Positions 10,115 to 18,200 of a stretch of 63,626 nt of DNA are shown one piece after another. The position numbers were made by a program, and so were the translations under genes. The DNA is taken from sequence record SRR31156797_3873; one strand, written 5' to 3'. Within the stretch, counting starts at the first letter, position 1. The number at the start of each line of letters is the position of its first letter. The notes under the pieces were generated by a model. That model was not told the origin of the DNA. It did not search any database and worked only from the letters and a program-made list of their open reading frames with translations.

Positions 10115-11575
10115 ATGAAAGTAAAATTTTGGGCAGCGTTTGGCTTAGCTTTAATGGCTTGTTCAACGCAAAATCATACAGATAAAGAGGAGCCGTTTAA
10201 TGTTTTTAAAACAGAGGGAAAAACGGCAGTTATATACGAAACATCAGAAGAAACAAACGATAGGTTAGCCTTAAAGGATAATTTAAAGTTTTCCTATTCA
10301 CGCCAGCCAACCGAAACAGAAGTGAGTGTGTTTGTAAATACGCAAAAGAGATTTCAGAAACTATTGGGTATAGGAGGAGCTGTAACAGATGCCGTAGCAG
10401 AAGTTTATAGTAAATTGTCGACAGAAAAACAAAGACAGTTACTTGATGCATATTATGGAGATTCAGGAATTGATTATACGCTTTTACGAACTACTATTCA
10501 TAGTTGTGATTTTAGTAGCGAAAGTTATACGTATGTTGATGAAGGAGATACTGCCTTAGTTTCTTTTTCTATTGATAGGGATAAGCAATTACGTTTGCCG
10601 CTTATTAAAAAGGCCATAGCTCAGGCTGATGATTCACTGCAGTTTTATGTAAGCCCATGGAGTCCTCCTGCTTTTATGAAGGGTAGGGAAAATATGTTAC
10701 AGGGAGGTAAGCTATTACCGGCGTTTTATGAGTCGTGGGCCAGATATTATGCCAAGTTTATAAAAGCTTATGAAAAAGAAGGTCTTTCTATTTGGGGATT
10801 GACCATTCAAAATGAGCCAATGGCAGTGCAAACCTGGGAATCTTGTATTTATACTGCAGAGGAGGAACGGGATTTTTTAAAGAATTATTTAGGACCTGTT
10901 TTACAAAAAGAGGGATTAGGAGATAAAAATATTGTGGTTTGGGATCATAATCGCGATTTAATTTCGCATAGAGCGAATACTATTTTTAATGATTCGGAAG
11001 CTGCAAAATATGCATGGGGAATTGGTTTTCATTGGTACGAAACCTGGAGAGGTGGAGAATCTAAATGGGATAACCTTAATAACGTAAAAGAATCATTTCC
11101 GGATAAAAACTTGTTGTTTACTGAGGGATGTAATGAAAAGTTTGATCCAGAAGCTTACCAAAGATGGTCGAACGCAGAACGTTATGGAAAATCAATGATT
11201 AATGATTTTAACTGCGGAACTGTAGGATGGACAGACTGGAATATTTTGTTGGATCATACCGGAGGTCCCAATCATGTTGGTAATTTTTGTTTTGCTCCTA
11301 TTCATGCGGATACCAGAACAGATGAATTAATTTTTACACCATCTTATTTTTATATAGGTCATTTTTCCAAGTTTATTCGACCGCATGCACAAAGGGTAAG
11401 TACTACTTGTAGTTTTAGTAAGTTAATAGCTACTTCTTTCTTAAATGTAAATGGTGAAATGGTAACCGTTGTAATGAATGATTCAGATGAGGCCATGGAT
11501 TATAATTTGATTGTAGATGATTCGAGGGTGAGTTATAGCATAAACGCGCATTCTATTCAAACAATCATATACTAG
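10115..11575 (+). CDS. GH30 glycoside hydrolase lipoprotein (glucosylceramidase/beta-glucosidase-like)
   Basis: Start moved to ATG 10115 (MKVKFW...LMAC); 'SPWSPPAFMK', 'IQNEP', 'FTEGC', 'WTDWNILLD...GGPNHVGNFC'. Confidence 0.9.
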   Translation: MKVKFWAAFGLALMACSTQNHTDKEEPFNVFKTEGKTAVIYETSEETNDRLALKDNLKFSYSRQPTETEVSVFVNTQKRFQKLLGIGGAVTDAVAEVYSKLSTEKQRQLLDAYYGDSGIDYTLLRTTIHSCDFSSESYTYVDEGDTALVSFSIDRDKQLRLPLIKKAIAQADDSLQFYVSPWSPPAFMKGRENMLQGGKLLPAFYESWARYYAKFIKAYEKEGLSIWGLTIQNEPMAVQTWESCIYTAEEERDFLKNYLGPVLQKEGLGDKNIVVWDHNRDLISHRANTIFNDSEAAKYAWGIGFHWYETWRGGESKWDNLNNVKESFPDKNLLFTEGCNEKFDPEAYQRWSNAERYGKSMINDFNCGTVGWTDWNILLDHTGGPNHVGNFCFAPIHADTRTDELIFTPSYFYIGHFSKFIRPHAQRVSTTCSFSKLIATSFLNVNGEMVTVVMNDSDEAMDYNLIVDDSRVSYSINAHSIQTIIY

Positions 11576-11615
11576 GAAATTAAGATGCACAGGCAGATAA
11601 TTTAGATCTGAAAAG

Positions 11616-11652
11616 CTGATTCTAACCAAAGTAGTAACTTGGTTAGAATCAG
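11616..11652 (+). terminator. Stem-loop at the end of the PUL
   Basis: Perfect 14-bp inverted repeat CTGATTCTAACCAA / TTGGTTAGAATCAG about 40 nt after the GH30 stop; U-tract is weak. Confidence 0.6.
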
Positions 11653-11814
11653 TAATTTTACTTAGATTCAATGTTTGGATATTTATAATATCTATAAGTA
11701 TATAGGGATTATATATTTGATTGATAAGTTGAGTTTCACAATCTTTGTATTGTCATCATAACTGAATGGTTGATGATTAAAAAAAATGAAGTTTAATTAT
11801 TAAAACAAAGAATT

Positions 11815-11958
11815 ATGAAAGATTGTCCAAACTGCTGGGGATACCAGGAATACAACGGAGAGATGAAATCGGTTACTGTAGGAACTACTTACAATCGAAA
11901 AATGCCAACTGCTGATATGAATAATACAATGAATAAGGAAAAAGAACAGAAAATATGA
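11815..11958 (+). CDS. Small protein (47 aa) with CxxC motif, absent from the ORF track
   Basis: ATG 11815 to TGA 11956-11958: MKDCPNCWGYQEYNGEMKSVTVGTTYNRKMPTADMNNTMNKEKEQKI; preceded by an A-rich Bacteroidota-type translation initiation region. Confidence 0.6.
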   Translation: MKDCPNCWGYQEYNGEMKSVTVGTTYNRKMPTADMNNTMNKEKEQKI

Positions 11959-12027
11959 GCAGTTTTAATAAGCTAAGTTTATCCGACTAAAATGAATCCA
12001 GACTGTGGAAAGCATTTTAATCGGATT

Positions 12028-12369
12028 TTATTTTTTAATGAGTTGATCAATTTGTTGCGCAGCCACTTTAACGCACTCTTTGCAGCTAATGGATTTTAAC
12101 TTTTTAATCTCTCTGCAATATGGACTTCCACTAATGGCGGTAAAGCCTTGGTTTATTTTTTGGATTAAATCAGCATTTTCAAGCAACAAAGAACCGGCAA
12201 ACAAAGCACCGCAAATTCCTTCATCAGCTCTTCCTCCTCCATATTTTTTAGCTTCCATAATTTTGTGATCCGCAATATCAAATTCATCCTGAAATGTCTT
12301 TAATATAGCTTGTGCACAATTATATCCTTCAGCACCATGATAAAGGTTTTGAGCAGTTTGTACCTTCAT
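12028..12369 (-). CDS. C-GCAxxG-C-C family putative redox protein
   Basis: 'YNCAQA', 'GGG...GICGAL', 'PYCREIK', 'SCKECV'. Confidence 0.85.
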   Translation of the reverse strand: MKVQTAQNLYHGAEGYNCAQAILKTFQDEFDIADHKIMEAKKYGGGRADEGICGALFAGSLLLENADLIQKINQGFTAISGSPYCREIKKLKSISCKECVKVAAQQIDQLIKK

Positions 12370-12371
12370 CC

Positions 12372-13493
12372 TTACTTTCTTCGGATTTGTTTAAAACTGA
12401 TACCTAAGGTTTTTTCAAACCATCTGATTTGTTTAATCTCTTTTGGAGTAACCAAAGCAAGAGAGGTTCCTCTGTTACCAGCACGAGCTGTTCTTCCACT
12501 TCTGTGAGTGTAATATTCATCTTTATCCGGCAACTGATAATGTACTACAAAAGATAAGTCTGCAATATCAATTCCTCTGGCAGCCAAATCAGTTGCAATT
12601 AAAACTCTAAGGCTTTCGTTTTTAAAAGCGCGCATTACCTTATCTCGTTCCACTTGTTTTAAATCTCCCTGAATGGCATCAGTCGCAAAGTTTTTGGCAA
12701 TAAGTTGTTTGGCTAAAGTTTGAGCTGCGGCTTTCGTTTTACAGAAAATAACACCACGGGCATTGGGATCTGAGTTTAGCATTTGAATGAGAATGTGTAG
12801 TTTCTCACTTTCTTCGCAGACTAAAAACTGATGATTGATATTGCGGTTAACTTGCTGCTTTTTGTTGATTTCTATTTTAACCGCTTTTTTATCTAAATGA
12901 ATTTTTACAATTTTTCGGATACCATCCGGCATGGTTGCTGAAAAAAGCCATTTGTTTTGAACCGAAGGAAGCATTTTTAAAATTTCGTCCAGTTCTTTTT
13001 TGAAACCCATGCTCAACATTTCATCGGCTTCATCTAAAATAACCGTTTCTACTTTTCTTAAATCAACAGCCTTTCGTTTAACTAAATCAATTAATCGTCC
13101 AGGTGTTGCCACAATAATATGCGTTGTTCTTCTTAGAGCATTAATTTGAGGGTCAATTTGTGCACCTCCAAATACAGCTTCTGTAAATATTTTTTGATCA
13201 CAATATTTTGTGAATTTAAATAATTGCTTGGCTATTTGTTGACCTAATTCTCTTGTTGGGCAAAGGATTAATCCTTGTACATCTTTTTTCTTAGGTTGAA
13301 TGCGATGTAATAAAGGAAGTCCATAAGCTGCCGTTTTACCAGTACCTGTTTGAGCCTGGCCAATTAAGTCTGTATTGTTTTGCAACAATAAAGGAATTAC
13401 CTCTGCCTGAACGTTGGTAGGGGTAACAATATTCATTTCGTTGATGGCTTTTACAAAGTGCTTTTTAACACCTAACTGATCGAAACTTTGCAT
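12372..13493 (-). CDS. DEAD-box ATP-dependent RNA helicase (core only)
   Basis: Q motif, 'AQTGTGKT', 'PTREL', 'TPGR', 'DEADEM', 'SAT', 'ARGID', 'HRSGRTAR'. Confidence 0.95.
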   Translation of the reverse strand: MQSFDQLGVKKHFVKAINEMNIVTPTNVQAEVIPLLLQNNTDLIGQAQTGTGKTAAYGLPLLHRIQPKKKDVQGLILCPTRELGQQIAKQLFKFTKYCDQKIFTEAVFGGAQIDPQINALRRTTHIIVATPGRLIDLVKRKAVDLRKVETVILDEADEMLSMGFKKELDEILKMLPSVQNKWLFSATMPDGIRKIVKIHLDKKAVKIEINKKQQVNRNINHQFLVCEESEKLHILIQMLNSDPNARGVIFCKTKAAAQTLAKQLIAKNFATDAIQGDLKQVERDKVMRAFKNESLRVLIATDLAARGIDIADLSFVVHYQLPDKDEYYTHRSGRTARAGNRGTSLALVTPKEIKQIRWFEKTLGISFKQIRRK

Positions 13494-13502
13494 GATATCT
13501 TA

Positions 13503-14912
13503 TTATCTGTGTTCTAAAAGTACTACATTTTCAACATGATGAGTATGTGGAAACATATCTACCGGTTGAACTTTGGTTACTTTGTATTTTTCATCCATTA
13601 AACTAAGGTCACGTGCCTGAGTGGCCGAATTACAACTCACATAAACAATTTTTGGAACGTCTGTGGTCATAATTGTTTTTACTACATCTTCGTGCATTCC
13701 GGCTCTCGGAGGATCAACAATGATGACATCCGGGGCACCGTTTTCTTCAATAAATATTGGATTCAGCACATCCTTCATATCACCAGCATAAAACGAAGTG
13801 TTTTCAATTTGGTTATTGGCTGAATTAATTTTCGCATCCTCAATTGCCTCGGGAACATATTCCACACCTACTACTTTTTTAGCCTTTGAGGCTACAAAAT
13901 TGGCAATGGTTCCCGTTCCTGTATATAAATCGTAAACCACTTCGTTACCAGTTAATCCGGCGAAGTCGCGGGTTACTTTATATAGTTCGTAAGCTTGCTC
14001 AGAGTTTGTTTGATAAAATGACTTAGGACCAATTCTGAACTGAAGCCCTTCCATCTCTTCTATAATAAACTCTTTGCCATGAAAACAAATAATATCCTGA
14101 TCAGCAATTGTGTCGTTGGCTTTTTCGTTAATTACATACAATAGTGCTGTAATTTCAGGAAATTTAGCCTTTAGGTGATTTAATAATCCTTCTCTTTTTT
14201 CAACATCTTCATGATAAAAAGAAACAATCACCATTACTTCACCTGTTGAAGTAGTTCTGATGATAAGGGTTCTTAAAAATCCTTCATGATTTCGAATATC
14301 AAAGAAAGTTAGGCCATTTTCTAATGCGTATTTTTTAATGGCTAACCTGATACTATTTGAAGGTTCCTCTTGTAAATAGCATTGTTCAATATCAATTACC
14401 TTATCAAACATGCGAGGAATATGAAAACCTAAACCATATCTTTCCTTTGAACCTGGCTCAATATCCATTTCATGCTCTTCAACCCATCGGTTATTAGAGA
14501 AAGTATATTCCAGTTTATTTCTGTAGAACTTATCTTTTGCTGAACCAAGAATAGTTGATATTTCAGGTAATTCAATTTTACCTAATCTTTTCAGGTTGTT
14601 CTCAATTTCTCTTTGCTTAAAATTCAATTGTTCGGAGTAGGGAAGAGCCTGCCATTTACATCCTCCACATTTACCAAAATGACTACAAAAAGGTTCAACT
14701 CTTATATCAGATAGTTTATGATATTGTATAACATACCCTTCGTAAAAGTTTTTTCTTTTTTTGTTGACTTGCACATCAACAATATCTCCCGGCACAGCAT
14801 TTTGCACAAATAGTACTTTTTCATCTATTTTTGCTAATGCTTTTCCTTCCGCAGCAACGTCAATAATTTCGACTTGCTCAAACAGAGGTTTTCTTTTTCT
14901 GGATCTTCCCAC
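13503..14912 (-). CDS. rlmD: 23S rRNA (uracil-1939-C5)-methyltransferase RlmD
   Basis: TRAM domain, Fe-S motif 'CSHFGKCGGC', 'SFYQTN', 'DLYTGTGTI', 'DPPRAG', 'YVSCN', 'DMFPHTHHVE'; GTG start. Confidence 0.95.
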   Translation of the reverse strand: MGRSRKRKPLFEQVEIIDVAAEGKALAKIDEKVLFVQNAVPGDIVDVQVNKKRKNFYEGYVIQYHKLSDIRVEPFCSHFGKCGGCKWQALPYSEQLNFKQREIENNLKRLGKIELPEISTILGSAKDKFYRNKLEYTFSNNRWVEEHEMDIEPGSKERYGLGFHIPRMFDKVIDIEQCYLQEEPSNSIRLAIKKYALENGLTFFDIRNHEGFLRTLIIRTTSTGEVMVIVSFYHEDVEKREGLLNHLKAKFPEITALLYVINEKANDTIADQDIICFHGKEFIIEEMEGLQFRIGPKSFYQTNSEQAYELYKVTRDFAGLTGNEVVYDLYTGTGTIANFVASKAKKVVGVEYVPEAIEDAKINSANNQIENTSFYAGDMKDVLNPIFIEENGAPDVIIVDPPRAGMHEDVVKTIMTTDVPKIVYVSCNSATQARDLSLMDEKYKVTKVQPVDMFPHTHHVENVVLLEHR

Positions 14913-14946
14913 CTTGATTTCGTTTTACAGAATTTTTTTCAGGCTG

Positions 14947-14954
14947 CAAAGATA
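14947..14954 (-). promoter_or_regulatory. Bacteroidota primary-sigma -7 element (TATCTTTG) for the rlmD operon
   Basis: Minus strand TATCTTTGCAG about 35 nt upstream of the rlmD start; matches TAnnTTTG. Confidence 0.7.
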
Positions 14955-14985
14955 AAAAAAAGACCGCCAATTTACTGACGGTCTT
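14954..14985 (-). terminator. Intrinsic terminator after the small peptide gene
   Basis: AAGACCGCCA / TGACGGTCTT stem with an A-run at 14954-14961 (U-tract on the minus strand). Confidence 0.75.
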
Positions 14986-14990
14986 ATATA

Positions 14991-15185
14991 TTATTCTCCA
15001 AAAGGATTTTCGTTAAAACTATTTTGTTTTGTAGCGCTCTTTTCGGATGCAGCTGCTGCTCCAGGAACTGGAGGTGGAGGAGTATCCGGGTCTGTATATG
15101 TCATCATAACCAAAGATATTTCACTATCAATGATTTCTTCAGTTATGCTTGGTTTATGATATGTTCTTTTACAAACTTGATTCAT
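14991..15185 (-). CDS. 64-aa hypothetical peptide with a YxKP leader-like N-terminus and Pro/Ala-rich tail
   Basis: MNQVCKRTYHKPSITEEIIDSEISLVMMTYTDPDTPPPPVPGAAAASEK...NENPFGE; 33 nt downstream of the T9SS cargo and followed by a terminator. Confidence 0.7.
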   Translation of the reverse strand: MNQVCKRTYHKPSITEEIIDSEISLVMMTYTDPDTPPPPVPGAAAASEKSATKQNSFNENPFGE

Positions 15186-15218
15186 CGAGCCAAAAATAAT
15201 TTAAAGAATTTTAAATGA

Positions 15219-18200
15219 CTAATTAATTACTACTTTTTTTGTGCTAAGTTGATTGTCCTGAATCACTTTAATTATATACACTCCTGTTTGTTGAATTTGT
15301 ATTTCATTAAGTGTTCCGGAATTCAGTTTTCCTTGTTTGATCAGTTTTCCTTCAGTATTCAGAATACTAAAATTGGCATCCTCAGAACCGAATGTTTTAA
15401 TAAATATATTCTTCTTAATGGCATAAATTTCAGCCAACTTAGTTGCTGGTTTTACGTCTGTGTTTGTTGTAAATCCATTAATGAATTCAATATCAAATCG
15501 GGTTGTTGAATTAGTTTTCTCCGATGTAAATTCATAAAACTTATCGATCGTAAGATCTACTGTAGTATTAGGTATATTATTATCAGTTAGTAAAACTTGA
15601 ACGTTTTCATCAATACCTTGAATATCTTCTAGCGCAATTTGAAAAGTACCGGCTTTTGATGTTTTGTAGCACAGTGGAATAATCATATTTGAGACTAAAT
15701 CCGGATAAGTGTTAATGGTTAAATTATAGCCATCAACAATAGAATATAATTCTATCAAATCACTATTGTTACCAAATTTCTTTTTCGAATCATAAGCTTC
15801 GTAAGATTCAGCTGCTTCAGGGCTAAAAGCAATTACTTTTTCATCCTTTGTACCGTTGTGTATTCCAGCTAGTCGAATATGCGGGATCACTTCTTCAGTG
15901 CTCGCAGACTTTAAGTAAGAAGTATGATTATGCGCTAAGTGCGATTTCCTAACCGTAAGGTTACCTGATACGGTTTGACCAGATTCCCAGGTTGCCTGAA
16001 TCCAGAAACCATGGTTGCTTGGAATAAGGGATTCATCACCTTCAAGGTTAGTTCCAACGCCAGTAGTTCCATTATAAGTTCCATATTGACTGGTGGTTAA
16101 CCAGATCCAGAATTCGTTATCTATACCAACTCTGTCGCTAGCATCGATTAAGTCCCAGTCAATTGCAGCTGGGAAAGGATTTCCTGCTAATGTAAATCCG
16201 GAATTTTTAGGCGTTCCGTTTGCTGTAATACTGTAACTGCTATTATTGTTAATCGCTCCGGAAAATAATAAGTCGTTGGTGCTTGATAAAATGTAACCTT
16301 CTAATGGTGTCCAATCAGTATCCGAACCATATGCATCCCAACTTCCTGTAATATTATTCCAGCTATAAATATTTCCGTCAGAACCAATGCTTGTTAAGGT
16401 AGCACTTTGAACAGGAGAACTTATGAAATTGTATATGCTTGGATTTGAGATGTTCTGTTCTATTTTGATGTTAGAATTATTTACCGTTAACGAACCATCA
16501 ACTATAAGGGAACCATTTCCTGTTGCATCACTCTTAAGAGTTAAACCTTCGGTTATCGTAAGCAAAACACTGGAATTAATTGTAACACTTCCTAAAGGTT
16601 CGATTACCATATTTGGTAAGGAAGTATTGGAGCCAATAATTACTTCCGGAGTTCCGGCAGGGATAATAGCACTAGCCCCCGGAACATAACCGGCTTCCCA
16701 GTTAGCCGCATTAGTGAAATCGTTATCTCCAGCGTCACCAGTCCATGTATTAAAAGCAGCCGTAGTAAAATCAATAGAAGAGGCGCTGGATTGTTCATTT
16801 CCAAGAATATCTTCAACTTGATTAATTGTTAGTGTATAAGTTGTTTCAGAAGATAACATATCACTAGGTGTGATGGTTATGGCATCTGCACCTGCATTAA
16901 TGGTTGCTGTAAAAGTTACCGCAGGACTAAATGAAACAATGGTTTGTAAATCCAATTCCGAAATTTGTGATCCATCGAGGTTTCTGACTGCTTCATCGAA
17001 ACTTACTTCCAACGGAGCACCTACAGAAACATCAGTTTGTCCATCAGTTGGTGAATCAAATGATGTTATTGGGGCAGAAACATCAGCTATTGTAAAACTC
17101 CATTGCGTGTAATTCTGCAAACTGTTGTAATATTGACCATCTACCTGAATAATATTGCTATTAGGAACATAAACGGCATATTCATTTTCTGCCAGCAAAG
17201 TTTCTCCGGATAAGTCAATGGATAAAACATTTCCGCTTGTGTAAACTTCTGCAGAATTTGTGTTTAAAATTAATTCATTGGATGAAGTGGTTATGTTATA
17301 GATTACAATGTTTTCTAAATCAGCCAAAGAAACAGCAGTGTAAGCATCAAATGTTGCTGTTAAAAAAGGAGATGAAGAAACATCAACGGCATCATCTAAA
17401 GGTGAAAATGTAGGATCAGATACAGGATCAATAGTTGTAAAACTCCATGTAGTATAATTCTGTAATCCATTATAATACTGACCATCCACTTGAATAACAT
17501 CATTGCCAGGTATGTATACTGCGTATTCATTACCTTCAATTAATGTTTCACCAGAAAGATCAATTGTAATAACATTTCCACTAGTGGATACTTGTGCTGT
17601 ATTTGTAGATAAAATGATTTCATTTGCGGAAGTGGTTACATTTCTTATTACCATATTTTCTAAGTCGCTTAAAGTCAAAGTGGAATAACCTTCGAAAGTA
17701 GCAGTTAAAGTAGGCGAAGTACCAACGTCTGCTGCATTATCTAACGGAGAAAATGTTGGATCCGGTAGTGGGGTGACGGTTGTAAAACTCCATTTAGTAT
17801 AGTTCTGTAATTCATTATAGTATTGTCCGTCAACATTAATCACATCTGCGTTGGGAACATAAATTGCATATTCATTTCCTTCTAACAACGTTTCACCAGA
17901 AAGATCAATTGTTAGTACATTACCCGAAGTAGAAATCTCAGATCCACTTGTGCTAAGTATTATTTCATTACTTGAGGTCGTGATGTTTCTAACAACAATA
18001 GATTTGAAAGCAGTTAAAGAAACAGAGGAGTAGGCATCAAATGTAGCAGTTAAAGTAGGTGATAGACCAACACCTGTTGCATCATCTAACGGAGAAAAAG
18101 TGGGGTCAGTCAAAACACTCGTAGTTGTAAAGCTCCACTTGGTATAATTTTGTAATTCATTATAGTATTGCCCATCAACATTTACTACATCGCTACTTGG

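Noticed and set aside
14991-15185. Lasso peptide biosynthetic cluster
   Set aside because: The leader-like motif is present, but there is no lasso cyclase, B1/B2 protein or transporter in the window.
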